A DNA stretch of 50,064 nucleotides from Chthoniobacteraceae bacterium (GTDB lineage: Bacteria; Verrucomicrobiota; Verrucomicrobiia; Chthoniobacterales; Chthoniobacteraceae), in assembly GCA_031409655.1 (NCBI GenBank), contig JANNXQ010000047.1, positions 1-50,064 of the forward strand. The letters are read 5' to 3'. This document shows positions 29,192 through 38,601 of this stretch, in pieces (positions within the stretch are counted from its first letter, which is position 1; every line of letters starts with the position of its first letter). The notes under the pieces are model-generated. The model worked only from the letters and a program-made list of their open reading frames with translations. It made no database searches and was not told the DNA's origin. A program made the translations under genes and the position numbers.

Positions 29192-29842
29192 ATGAAACGC
29201 CACGCTCTGCTGCTCAGTGTCGCGCTCGCGCTCGGCGGCCAGACGATGGCGGCGCCGAAGAAGTCCGCGGAGAAGCCGCGCCTCTATCCGAAGATCATCG
29301 AGATGACGGCACCTTCGGCGCCCGATTTGCCGACAAGCGGGAAGCTGACCTCCAGCGCGATCAGCGGGCTCGACTTCCGCTTCCTGCGCGACGCCACGCT
29401 GGCGGGCCTGCTCCAGTCTTATCTCGGCGACCTGGCCAAGGCGAAGGGCTCGGCCGAGCAGGTGCGTCGGATGGGCGAGACCTTCACCGCGACGCAGGCG
29501 GAGGAAAGTCTGCAACTCCAGCGCCTGGCTTCGCGCAAAGGGGTGACCGTCCCGCTCGACGCCTCTTCCGTGCGGACGCACCTCCCGGGCAGGGTGGAGT
29601 CGCTGGAGGGATTGAAGTTCGACAAAGCGGTGCTCGAACATCTGGTGGCGGCGAATCGCCTCGCCGTCTCCGCCTACGAAGCCGGGATGAAATCGCAGGA
29701 TCAGGACATCAAGGCCTTCGTGGAGCAGATGCTCCCCGTGGCCAAAGCGCGGCTGCAACTGGCGAGCAAAATGGCCGGTGCCCAGGAACGCCCCAGCGGC
29801 GTCCCGCAATTCCGCACCAGCACTCCTCCCGTCGCAAACTGA
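29192..29842 (+). CDS. DUF4142 (ferritin-like) secreted protein
   Basis: Signal peptide; D..FL..A..GL, LASRKGVTVP, L.G..FDKA, D.DIKAFVEQMLP. Confidence 0.75.
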   Translation: MKRHALLLSVALALGGQTMAAPKKSAEKPRLYPKIIEMTAPSAPDLPTSGKLTSSAISGLDFRFLRDATLAGLLQSYLGDLAKAKGSAEQVRRMGETFTATQAEESLQLQRLASRKGVTVPLDASSVRTHLPGRVESLEGLKFDKAVLEHLVAANRLAVSAYEAGMKSQDQDIKAFVEQMLPVAKARLQLASKMAGAQERPSGVPQFRTSTPPVAN

Positions 29843-29879
29843 GCAGAGCAGGGTCGATCTTGGGCGTGCCGACCCCGCG

Positions 29880-30494
29880 CTATTCTCCGATGGTCAGCCC
29901 GCCGCCGCCCTGATCCTCTTTGTACACCGTGTCCACCGCCAGGCCCGCGGCGAGCAGGAGGAGGGTGGCCGCTGGATCAGGCTTGTGAATGGCCACCACG
30001 TAGTTGTCCGCCGAGGTGAAAAGCTCCTTCGCCAGCCCGCCCCACTTTCGGGAGACCACGCCGAGTTCCGTCCCACCGGTCGCGATGAAACGGAAGTCCC
30101 AGCTCAGCCAACTGCCCTTCACTTGCGCCACTTCCTTGCCCGCAGCGTCGAACACGCCGAACTTCCCGCCAATGTTCAGCAGCCGGGTTTTGAAAGTGCC
30201 GATGGAGCTGCCGTCGCCCGCGACCACCTGCACCGTGGGACGCAGAAAGGAAAATCCGCGGGTGATGGAAAACGCCACCGGGCCGTTTTCATCCGCCCCC
30301 TCGTGGACATCGATGCGCGTGGGCAGCATCCGTTTGCTCATGAAAAAGCCCGCGAGGATGTTCAGGAGCCCTTTCCTTTCCCTGGCCAGCGCGAGCTGCG
30401 TGCCCGTGGCCGGGTCGAAAATATCGTAGGTGCCGCGCATTTTGAAAACGCCGACGTGTTCTTTGATCAGGTAACTCGGGAGCGCGGGAATCAT
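29880..30494 (-). CDS. Phospholipid scramblase/LURP-one (Tubby-C-like) protein
   Basis: YDIFDP.TG, VKGSWLSWDF, VSRKWGGLAKELFTSADNY, LLLAAGLAVD. Confidence 0.8.
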   Translation of the reverse strand: MIPALPSYLIKEHVGVFKMRGTYDIFDPATGTQLALARERKGLLNILAGFFMSKRMLPTRIDVHEGADENGPVAFSITRGFSFLRPTVQVVAGDGSSIGTFKTRLLNIGGKFGVFDAAGKEVAQVKGSWLSWDFRFIATGGTELGVVSRKWGGLAKELFTSADNYVVAIHKPDPAATLLLLAAGLAVDTVYKEDQGGGGLTIGE

Positions 30495-30571
30495 GGCGCG
30501 GATGTTTGCGGGATGACGCCGCCCCGAAGCAATAACTTCCCGCGGGCCTTCACCCGCTTCGCCGCCACCCC

Positions 30572-31816
30572 TCAGCGTGGGGTCTCGTTGAAATAGATCT
30601 TCACGTTCTTCGTCGCACGGCCAGCGGCGACGATGTCGAGTTTGCCGTCGCCATCGAGGTCGGCGAGGACGAGGTCTTCGCAGGCCATCCCGTTGTCGTC
30701 GATCAGGCTCTCGCGCCACTTCTCGCCCTGCGCGTCGAGAGAGGTCCAGACGGCGACGCCAATGGTGCTCTCCGGCACGCCCGGCTTGCCGCGCCACCCG
30801 ACGACGATCTGATCTGAGCCGGTGCCAAGCACGTCGCCGCAAGCGAGGGCGTGGCCCTCGGTGAGTTTGTCGGTGAGGATGCGCGGCCCCTTCTTGCCGG
30901 ACATGGGATAGGCGACGAGGCGGTTTCCATGCATCGGCTCTACGGCCACGACATACGCTGCCCACATGTTGGGATGCTCATCCGTTGCGTCCCGGTGGAG
31001 AATGCCCCGGCGCACTTCTCCAACTCCTTGATTCGAGGCGCTCGCGTTCGTCGCGTCGGGGCCAACATTGCGGTGCCAACTGCCATCTTCCTGTTTCATA
31101 AGTCGGATGACACCTTCGCGGCCGCCAAGAAGCACCGTGGATCCGTCATAAGGCAGTTTTGACTCGAAATTGTGCGTCATGTGCATCGAGTCATCGATCA
31201 GCTCGGTCTTCCACTCGCCCTTCGGATCGTTGAGCGGCGTGGGCGGGTGATAGAGGAGGACGCGGACGCCGGCGCCTTCGCCGTTCTTGTTGCCGCGGCC
31301 ATGCAGCGGAACGACGACCAGCCCCCAGCGGGCTGGCCCTTTTGCTTTGTCCACGTTGTCGTCGAGTTGCATCCACTGCATCCGATGTGTCGTGGGCTCG
31401 ACGCTGGGGAATCTCACGGCCTCCCACTGCTTTGTCCGATCGGCGGGCGGGATGAGGTAGAAGACGGCGCCGCTCTTTTCGGTGTCGGCGGGGTTCCATT
31501 CGGCGCCGACGGCCAGTTCGCATTTGCCGTCGCCGTCGAGGTCTTGCGCGGCGAGGCAGACGTTGTCTTTCTCGGTGAGATTCTCGGCGATCAGGAATTT
31601 CTCCCACGTCGGATTGCGGTACCAGACGAACTGTTTCTTGTCCGCGAGCAGCACGTCGGGTTTGCCGTCGCCATCGACATCCGCGACGGCGACGCCGTAG
31701 CCGATCTGGATCTTGTCGTCGATGGTCACCGCGCGGAATTTTGGCTCCGGAGGATCGGCGGCGAAAGCGGCGGCGGCGGAAAGGACGACGGCGAGCGGAG
31801 TGAGGCGGAGGGACAT
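30572..31816 (-). CDS. Secreted FG-GAP/VCBS-repeat beta-propeller protein
   Basis: ADVDGDGKPD, DLDGDGKCE, ADLDGDGKLDIV; EPMHGN, EGHAL. Confidence 0.85.
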   Translation of the reverse strand: MSLRLTPLAVVLSAAAAFAADPPEPKFRAVTIDDKIQIGYGVAVADVDGDGKPDVLLADKKQFVWYRNPTWEKFLIAENLTEKDNVCLAAQDLDGDGKCELAVGAEWNPADTEKSGAVFYLIPPADRTKQWEAVRFPSVEPTTHRMQWMQLDDNVDKAKGPARWGLVVVPLHGRGNKNGEGAGVRVLLYHPPTPLNDPKGEWKTELIDDSMHMTHNFESKLPYDGSTVLLGGREGVIRLMKQEDGSWHRNVGPDATNASASNQGVGEVRRGILHRDATDEHPNMWAAYVVAVEPMHGNRLVAYPMSGKKGPRILTDKLTEGHALACGDVLGTGSDQIVVGWRGKPGVPESTIGVAVWTSLDAQGEKWRESLIDDNGMACEDLVLADLDGDGKLDIVAAGRATKNVKIYFNETPR

Positions 31817-31886
31817 GCGCAGAGTGTAGCGAGGTCCGCGGGCGAACGGCTCCAAAAAAAACGCGCTGCCCGACCGTGAGCCGCGG

Positions 31887-33647
31887 CTAGATGGGCTCGC
31901 CGTCGGTGCCGGAGAGAAAGTCGAGCACGGCGGCCTGGTCCGCGGTGGTTTCGAGTCGGGGTTCGGCGTCGGGTGTCGCTGGAAAAACTGGGGCGCCGGG
32001 AGCAGTGGCTGCGAGGATCGGCGGCGGTAGGACCACCAGCGGACGGACGAGCGGCGGGCGCTGCAAGCCAAAGGCGGGCGCATCCGCGTGCTGCGGTGCG
32101 GGGGAACGCTCGGCGTTGCTGGATTGCAGGACGGTGAGGGCCGGGCGGGCGATGAGGGGCGCGTCGCTGGTGGCCCGGAGTGCGAGAGCGCGCAGTGGGG
32201 GAAACCCGGTGGGCCGGGTGGTGGCGACGGGGGGCGGCGCTGGAGGTTCTGGGACCGCGACCTCAGCCACCGGCGGCTCCAGCAGCGGTGGTGCGGCGAC
32301 GGGCGGAGGGAGGGTCGGCAGGACTTCGGCAATCGATGGCGAAGACGCTTCGACTCCGACGCTCTCTTCCTTCAGAGGCTCCACCACTTCTTCCCCTTTC
32401 TCCGGAGCCTCCGCCAACATGATCTCCGGTGGCTCGACTTGGTGGAGAGGCGGCGGCGCTGGAGTGAAAAAGCGATACGGTGCGGGGGCTTCGATCGCGG
32501 TGGCTGGGAGTGGCTCCTCAATGCTCAGCACTCGCGGCTCCGGCGCCTTCGCCTCTTCTGGAATGCTTGGCTCGGGGCGCTGATCTCCGACAGATTCCGC
32601 GAAAATGAATGCAGGCGGTTTCGGCGCGGCGGACTGCGGGCGCGCCTTGCCGGGGAGGTTCAGGAAGATCTCCTCGAGCGGAAGGGAGATCGTCGTGCCC
32701 TCACGATTCCGGAAGCTGCCTACAACCTGTGGCGGCAGCACGGCGAGGAAGCTTTGGAGCGCGATCTCCACCTTCCCGCCGATGAGCTGCTGCTCGATCG
32801 GCTCGAAGGGAAACGCGAGCCGCACGGAGTCATCAACTGTGGGACGAGCGCCCTCGAAGACTTCGTCTGGGCAGTGGGCGATGATCGCGGCGAGGCTAAG
32901 GTGGATCATCTCGGCATTCGCGCCCCGATGGGCGTCGTCGATCGGCTGCGGAACTTCGACGACTGCATCCTCGCTCGTCACAAGAGGCGGGGCGGCAGCG
33001 GGCGCCGCAGTTTCGACGGGCTCCGAGGGTCGGGAGCCGCTTCGTGGAGTAGGGGCGCCCTCGCCCCGTGGATCAACTTGGGGCGAGGGCGCCCCTGCTC
33101 CTTGAAGGTCGGCCGGCGAACCAGCCCCCGGACGCGGCGGCGGGGCCACGGGATTCATGAGTTGATCGAGCAGCTTTTGCAGCGGAAGGCGGATCGCGAC
33201 GTCGTCCGCGGGCGGGATCGGATCTGGGAAAAGATCCGGGCACAATGCCGCGATTCTCGAAAGCGGCACCGTCGCTCGACCACGCGCGATATCGGCGGCG
33301 AGATCGTCAGCCGCGAAGCGCAATTCGCGCCGGGAATCCGGCATGCCGGCGGGGAGATGCTGCGCCGGGATCCGCGGCAGGAGATCGCCGAGCGTGACGA
33401 CGATCTCACGGGGACCGGCGGCAGTTTCAGCCCGGCGACCCGCGGGTGGAATACTGCGCACAATCGCCGATGCCGCAGCCATGCCACGATGCTGCAGGTC
33501 GCGTGGATGGAGGAAAGCGCCTGGATCTGGCGGTGGCGGCGGCACCGTCGGTGCGCTGCCGTCTTTTTCCCGATGGCCGCTTTGCTCGCCCCCCTTTTCC
33601 CCGGCCCCGCGCAGCGGAGTTTTGAAAAGGTGGTCGAGTAATCCCAT
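31887..33647 (-). CDS. Pro/Ala-rich hypothetical protein with two copies of a ~85-aa domain
   Basis: VTLGDLLPRIP..GRATVPLSRI..IRLPLQKLL and LSLAAIIAHCP..GKVEIALQSF..ISLPLEEIF. Confidence 0.65.
   Translation of the reverse strand: MGLLDHLFKTPLRGAGEKGGEQSGHREKDGSAPTVPPPPPDPGAFLHPRDLQHRGMAAASAIVRSIPPAGRRAETAAGPREIVVTLGDLLPRIPAQHLPAGMPDSRRELRFAADDLAADIARGRATVPLSRIAALCPDLFPDPIPPADDVAIRLPLQKLLDQLMNPVAPPPRPGAGSPADLQGAGAPSPQVDPRGEGAPTPRSGSRPSEPVETAAPAAAPPLVTSEDAVVEVPQPIDDAHRGANAEMIHLSLAAIIAHCPDEVFEGARPTVDDSVRLAFPFEPIEQQLIGGKVEIALQSFLAVLPPQVVGSFRNREGTTISLPLEEIFLNLPGKARPQSAAPKPPAFIFAESVGDQRPEPSIPEEAKAPEPRVLSIEEPLPATAIEAPAPYRFFTPAPPPLHQVEPPEIMLAEAPEKGEEVVEPLKEESVGVEASSPSIAEVLPTLPPPVAAPPLLEPPVAEVAVPEPPAPPPVATTRPTGFPPLRALALRATSDAPLIARPALTVLQSSNAERSPAPQHADAPAFGLQRPPLVRPLVVLPPPILAATAPGAPVFPATPDAEPRLETTADQAAVLDFLSGTDGEPI
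33040..33107. repeat. REP-like inverted doublet in frame inside a CDS
   Basis: 28-bp arms with 3 mismatches containing GTAGGGGCGCCCTCGCCCC. Confidence 0.8.
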
Positions 33648-33653
33648 GCAGCG

Positions 33654-35360
33654 TCAGTGGTCGTCCGAGGTCGAACGGAGCACTTCCTCCAAAGTTGTGA
33701 TTCCCTCGCGCGCTTTGTCAATGCCCGCCATCCGCAGGCTCTTCATGCCTTCGCTGATCGCCTGATTTTTGATCACCGCCGCCGACGCCCGCTTGATGAT
33801 GAGCCGCCGGATCGCTTCGGAAACCGGCAGCACTTCGAGCACCGCGCACCGCCCGACGTAGCCGCGCCGTTTGCAGCGATCGCAACCCGCGCCGCGGTAG
33901 TAAACGGTGCCGTCTTCCTCGAGACCGAGCTTTTGGAGCAGCTCCGGTTCGGGCACCATCTCCTCTTTGCAATTCGGGCAGACGCGGCGGAGCAGACGTT
34001 GCGCACAGGTGAGCAGGATGGAGGAGGAAATGAGGAAGGGTTCGATGCCCATGTCGTCGAGACGGGCGATGGCGCCGGCGGCGTCATTCGTGTGCAAAGT
34101 GGAGAGCACCTGATGGCCGGTGAGCGCGGCTTTCACGGCGATGTCCGCCGTCTCGTTGTCGCGAATTTCACCGATCATCACGATGTCCGGGTCCTGACGC
34201 AGGATGGAGCGGAGCGCCTCGGCGAAAGTGAGACCGATGTCGGCCTTCACCGCGACCTGATTCACGCCCGCGAGCTGATACTCGATCGGGTCTTCGACGG
34301 TCACGATGTTGTAGTCGGGACTATTGAGTTCCGAGAGCACGGAGTAGAGCGTCGTTGTCTTTCCGGAGCCGGTGGGTCCGGTGACGAGGATCATGCCGTG
34401 CGGCGCGTCGATCGCTTTTTTGAAAGTACCGAGGGTGTACTCGTCGAGGCCAAGATTCCCGATCGACGCGGAGAGCGCGCCTTTGTCGAGGATACGGATG
34501 ACGATCTTCTCGCCGTGCGTCGTCGGAAGCATCGAAATCCGGAGATCGATCTCTTTGCCCGAGACGCGAATGCGGAAGCGACCATCCTGCGGGAGGCGGC
34601 GCTCCGCGATATCGAGGCCGGCGAGAATTTTAATGCGCGACGCGATGGGCAGCTGCAGCGCCTTCGGGGGTGAGCTGGCTTCGATCAAGTTGCCGTCCAC
34701 GCGGTAACGAAGCTTCAGCGTCTTTTCAAAAGGTTCGAGATGAATGTCGGACGCCTTTTCCTTGAGCGCCTGCACGAGGATCAGGTTCACGATCTTGACC
34801 ACCGGCGCGTCCTCGCTCTGCACGGCGAGTCGGTCGAGATCGATGTCTTCCCGCCGCTCCTTCACCTCCTCGACCTCGCTGGTCTGCGCGGCGTCCTTCA
34901 TCACCTGATCCATCGCCACACTGGACGTGCCGACGCCACTCAAGGCCTCGGTGACGCTGCGCTCGGTGGTGATCATCGAGACGATCTCGAGCTTCGTGCG
35001 CTGCCGCAGATCGTCGAGCGCGAGCACGTTCAAGGGATCGGCCATCGCCACGAAAAGCTTGTTCCCGAGCCGGCACACGGGCGCCAGCTTGTACTGTCGC
35101 GCCATGTCCTTCGGGACGAGCGCTTGCACGTCTTCCGGGACGCGTACTTTGGAAAGATTGATCGGCGGGGTATCCAGGCAGCGACCCATGGAGATCACCA
35201 TGTCCTGCTCGGTCACGTATTGCTTATCGACGAGGAGCTTCAGCAGGCGTCCGCCCTGCTGCTTCTGCATGGTCATGGCCTCATCCAGTTGCGCCTGGAG
35301 GAGGAGGCCGTCTTCGATCAGGACGTCGGCGATGCGTTCGCCGAAAGACTTAATGCTCAT
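33654..35360 (-). CDS. pilB: Type IV pilus/T2SS assembly ATPase (PilB/GspE)
   Basis: ASDIHLEP, ERRLPQDGR, GPTGSGKTTTLY, TVEDPIEY, LRQDPD, GEIRD, tetracysteine motif. Confidence 0.93.
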   Translation of the reverse strand: MSIKSFGERIADVLIEDGLLLQAQLDEAMTMQKQQGGRLLKLLVDKQYVTEQDMVISMGRCLDTPPINLSKVRVPEDVQALVPKDMARQYKLAPVCRLGNKLFVAMADPLNVLALDDLRQRTKLEIVSMITTERSVTEALSGVGTSSVAMDQVMKDAAQTSEVEEVKERREDIDLDRLAVQSEDAPVVKIVNLILVQALKEKASDIHLEPFEKTLKLRYRVDGNLIEASSPPKALQLPIASRIKILAGLDIAERRLPQDGRFRIRVSGKEIDLRISMLPTTHGEKIVIRILDKGALSASIGNLGLDEYTLGTFKKAIDAPHGMILVTGPTGSGKTTTLYSVLSELNSPDYNIVTVEDPIEYQLAGVNQVAVKADIGLTFAEALRSILRQDPDIVMIGEIRDNETADIAVKAALTGHQVLSTLHTNDAAGAIARLDDMGIEPFLISSSILLTCAQRLLRRVCPNCKEEMVPEPELLQKLGLEEDGTVYYRGAGCDRCKRRGYVGRCAVLEVLPVSEAIRRLIIKRASAAVIKNQAISEGMKSLRMAGIDKAREGITTLEEVLRSTSDDH

Positions 35361-36310
35361 AGAGTAATTCGGTGCGCCTCAGCGAGGACTTGGAAGATGG
35401 CCTGCGGCTGCGCGAGGTGCCACTGCACGTTGTAGTCGAGGAGTTGCTGCGCGGCTTCCTTGCCGGCGGCGTCGAAAGGATTGGCCACCGCGACCATCAT
35501 GGTGCGGCTCATGACATCGAAGGGGACCATCAGCCGACCGAGCGTGAGTTGCTCGGGTAAGAGCTTAACCACCGAGCGATCCACGTCGTAGTACTCGAGC
35601 GGGATGTAGGCAAATTTGGAGCGGTCGAGGATGCCGCCGAGGATGACGTCCAGTTCGATGGAACCGCGCCGGCAGATTTCGTCGATCAGCGAACCAGCGA
35701 TGCAGTTTGGTTTCAGGTCGCGGTTCTTTTTCTCCACGCGTTCGAGCGCGGAGGCGACGACTTCTTCGCCAGCCAGCTTGTGCTGCACGAGGAAGCGGGC
35801 GAGGGCGTCGTTGCCGTCCGATTTTCCGGCAAGCTTTGCCGAAACCGCATTGGCGAGCGCGGCATTGCCGACGCCGGATCCGCTGGAATTCAGCGTCTGC
35901 CCGGTGGTCATGAGGCTGCCGGATTCGGCGGCGGCGTGACGGAAATCGAGATCGATCCCCGCGGTCCCCGAGCCCTGTTGGCCGCTGCGGAATTGCCCGC
36001 TCTTCGCGAGTTTGTCCTCCACCTCCGCCAGCGCCGCGACGACCTCGGGGTGCCCGGGTTGCCGCTGCAGGATCGCTTCATACTCCAGCATCGCCGCGGA
36101 GAACTGGCCCTGCTCGACATACACGTCCGCGAGCTTTCGCGCCGTGCCCAGCGAGTCGCTATCCTTGCCCACCCGTTGGTAGGCTTCCTTCAGGATTTCC
36201 AGCGACTGGGTATCCTTGGGATTGGCCTGCGTGATGACCTCGAACATCTCGATGGTCTGCAGGATTTGCTCTTGTTCTTCTGACGTGATCGTCGGTGGTG
36301 AGAAATTCAT
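35357..36310 (-). CDS. TPR + GspE/PilB N-terminal (MshEN-like) domain protein
   Basis: TPR N-terminus; C-terminal VVKLLPE..LMVPF..MMVAVANPFD parallels PilB LVPKDMA..LFVAMADPLN; ATGA-coupled to pilB. Confidence 0.75.
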   Translation of the reverse strand: MNFSPPTITSEEQEQILQTIEMFEVITQANPKDTQSLEILKEAYQRVGKDSDSLGTARKLADVYVEQGQFSAAMLEYEAILQRQPGHPEVVAALAEVEDKLAKSGQFRSGQQGSGTAGIDLDFRHAAAESGSLMTTGQTLNSSGSGVGNAALANAVSAKLAGKSDGNDALARFLVQHKLAGEEVVASALERVEKKNRDLKPNCIAGSLIDEICRRGSIELDVILGGILDRSKFAYIPLEYYDVDRSVVKLLPEQLTLGRLMVPFDVMSRTMMVAVANPFDAAGKEAAQQLLDYNVQWHLAQPQAIFQVLAEAHRITL

Positions 36311-36601
36311 GGGCGCAACACTCGGACGGTGAATAGCTAGTGCCGTGCCTTGCCGCTCAGGGTTCCCGAGAATGCAAAAGGCCAGTGCCGCTTCGCTCCA
36401 AAAAGGCGTTGCACATCCCGCACCCGCCACCTACATAGCGCCTCGTGAAATTTTTCCAGCATTGGTGGCTTCCCTAGACGGGCTCGGATCCGTGCCTCGC
36501 GCGATCCGGTCGTCGCCACTTCTGCGCGCCGATTCCCTGCCCGATGATTCTCCCCGAATCGTCGGGCTTTTTCTTTCCACCCTTTCCACCCTTTCCACGC
36601 C

Positions 36602-36985
36602 ATGACCATCCCACCGCTCAAATACAACCCTGAGGGGCTCATCCCCGCGATCGTGCAAGACGCCTCCTCGCACCGCGTGCTGATGATGGCGTGGATGAAT
36701 GAAGCCGCGTTCCAGGCCACCCTCGCGACGGGCTTCATGAATTTTTGGAGCCGGTCGCGGCAAAAATTTTGGATCAAAGGCGAGACCAGCGGCCACACCC
36801 AGAAGGTGGTGCGCTGGGCCGTCGATTGCGACGCGGACACGCTGCTCTTTGAAGTCGAGCAGATCGGCGGCGCCTGCCACACCGGCTTTCAGAGCTGCTT
36901 CTTCACGGCCTATGCGCCGGATGGCACGGCGCTGGAGACGACGGAGCGGCGCGTCTTCGATCCGGAGAAAACTTACAGCAAGTAA
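36602..36985 (+). CDS. hisI: Phosphoribosyl-AMP cyclohydrolase
   Basis: [36 protein letters not shown]. Confidence 0.97.
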   Translation: MTIPPLKYNPEGLIPAIVQDASSHRVLMMAWMNEAAFQATLATGFMNFWSRSRQKFWIKGETSGHTQKVVRWAVDCDADTLLFEVEQIGGACHTGFQSCFFTAYAPDGTALETTERRVFDPEKTYSK

Positions 36986-37108
36986 CAAGTAACAATTAGC
37001 ATTTAGCATTTTCGAAGTGAGGCGCTTCGCGCGTCGCAGACGAACCAACCTCCGCGCCGCAGGCGCTTCTCTTCCAAATGCTAAATGCTAAATCTCAAAT
37101 GCTAAATT
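36978..37108. repeat. Empty 7-bp periodic inverted-repeat element between hisI and trpE
   Basis: GCAAGTA-ACAAGTA-ACAATTA-GCATTTA-GCATTTT ... CAAATGC-TAAATGC-TAAATCT-CAAATGC; includes the hisI TAA and trpE ATG. Confidence 0.8.
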
Positions 37109-38601
37109 CCCTTCAACCTTCGCTCGCTGAGTTCCGTGAACTCGCAAAGCGTGGAAATCTGATCCCGGTCTTCGCCGAACTGATCGCGGATGCGGAATCG
37201 CCCGTGTCCGCCTTTCACAAACTCGCCGAGGGGAGCGACTACGCGTTCCTTTTCGAGTCCGTAGAGAAGCACGACCAGGCGGGCCGCTATTCATTCGTCG
37301 GCGTGGATCAACGCGTCGTCTTTGAAAGTCGCGGCACGTCCATCCACATCGTGGAGGATGGCAATGCTCGCGATTTTGTCACGACGCGCGACCCGCTCGC
37401 GGAACTCGAGGAACTGATGCAGCGCTATCGCTATGTCTCCTCACCCGCGCTCGCCGATGCGCGCTTCGCCGGTGGCGCCGTGGGGTTCCTCACTTACGAC
37501 CTCGTCCGCTTTTTCGAACCGACCGTGCCGCCTTCGCCACCCGACGATCTCGGCCTGCCGGAGAGCCTCTTTACGATCACCGAGACGCTGCTCATCTTCG
37601 ATCACCGCACGCGCCGCCTGCGCATCGTGGCGAATGCGCACATCGACGGCGATCCCGAGACCGCCTACGGCCGGGCTGCCGATGCCATCGCCCGGACGAT
37701 TGCGAAACTGAATGAACCCGCGCGCCTGCCAATGCTGCCGATCGCGCCCGCGCCGGAAGTCGGGCCGCCCGTGGGCAACACCACTCGCGAGGAGTACATG
37801 CGCATGGTCTCAGAGGGGCAGGAGTTCATCCGCGCCGGGGATATTTTTCAGTTCGTCCCGTCGCAGCGTTTCGAGACCGACTACACCGGCGACCCGCTGA
37901 CCCTCTACCGCACCCTGCGCTTCGTGAATCCGTCGCCTTACATGTTCTGCATGAAATTCGCGGGCCGCTTTGCGTTAGTTGGGAGTTCGCCCGAGGTGCA
38001 TGTCCGCGCGATCAATGGCCGCATTGAAATCCGCCCCATCGCCGGCACCCGCCTCCGGGGCAAAACGCCCACTGAAGACGACGCGAATGCCGCCGAGTTA
38101 CTCGCCGATCCGAAGGAACGCGCCGAGCACCTCATGCTCGTCGATCTCGCCCGCAACGACGTTGGCCGCGCCAGCGAGTTCGGTTCGGTGAAAGTGACGG
38201 ACTTCATGACCATCGAGAAGTACAGCCACGTCATGCATATCGTCTCCAATGTCGAAGGCCGGCTGCGTCCCGACCTCACCGCTTACGACGTGATGCGGGC
38301 CACCTTCCCCGCTGGCACCGTGAGCGGCAGCCCGAAAGTGCGCGCCCTGCAAATCATCAACGGCTGTGAGAAAAACAAACGCGGCGTCTATAGCGGCGCG
38401 GTTGGTTACTTCGGCTTCGATGGTAACACCGACTCCTGCATCGCGCTGCGCACCGTCGTGCTAAAAGACGGCAAAGCCTACGTGCAAGCCGGCGCCGGAG
38501 TCGTCGCCGACTCCACCCCGGAGGGCGAGTACCAGGAGACCGTCAACAAAGCCATGGGCATGATGTCCGCCATCGCCCGGGCGAAGGCCTGCAGCATTTA
38601 G
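37099..38601 (+). CDS. trpE: Anthranilate synthase component I
   Basis: LFESVE..GRYSF, GDIFQFVPSQR, NPSPYMF, GSSPE, PIAGT, EHLMLVDLARND, PAGTVSGSPK. Confidence 0.96.
   Translation: MLNSLQPSLAEFRELAKRGNLIPVFAELIADAESPVSAFHKLAEGSDYAFLFESVEKHDQAGRYSFVGVDQRVVFESRGTSIHIVEDGNARDFVTTRDPLAELEELMQRYRYVSSPALADARFAGGAVGFLTYDLVRFFEPTVPPSPPDDLGLPESLFTITETLLIFDHRTRRLRIVANAHIDGDPETAYGRAADAIARTIAKLNEPARLPMLPIAPAPEVGPPVGNTTREEYMRMVSEGQEFIRAGDIFQFVPSQRFETDYTGDPLTLYRTLRFVNPSPYMFCMKFAGRFALVGSSPEVHVRAINGRIEIRPIAGTRLRGKTPTEDDANAAELLADPKERAEHLMLVDLARNDVGRASEFGSVKVTDFMTIEKYSHVMHIVSNVEGRLRPDLTAYDVMRATFPAGTVSGSPKVRALQIINGCEKNKRGVYSGAVGYFGFDGNTDSCIALRTVVLKDGKAYVQAGAGVVADSTPEGEYQETVNKAMGMMSAIARAKACSI

Noticed and set aside
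36986..37098. trp attenuator upstream of trpE
   Set aside because: No Trp-codon leader peptide or terminator U-tract; the structure is explained by the 7-bp element.
37078..37098. N-terminal extensions in the ORF track (trpE 37078, aroC 25114, gatB 27525, purN 7940, HIT 6716)
   Set aside because: Family-conserved N-termini begin at downstream ATGs.
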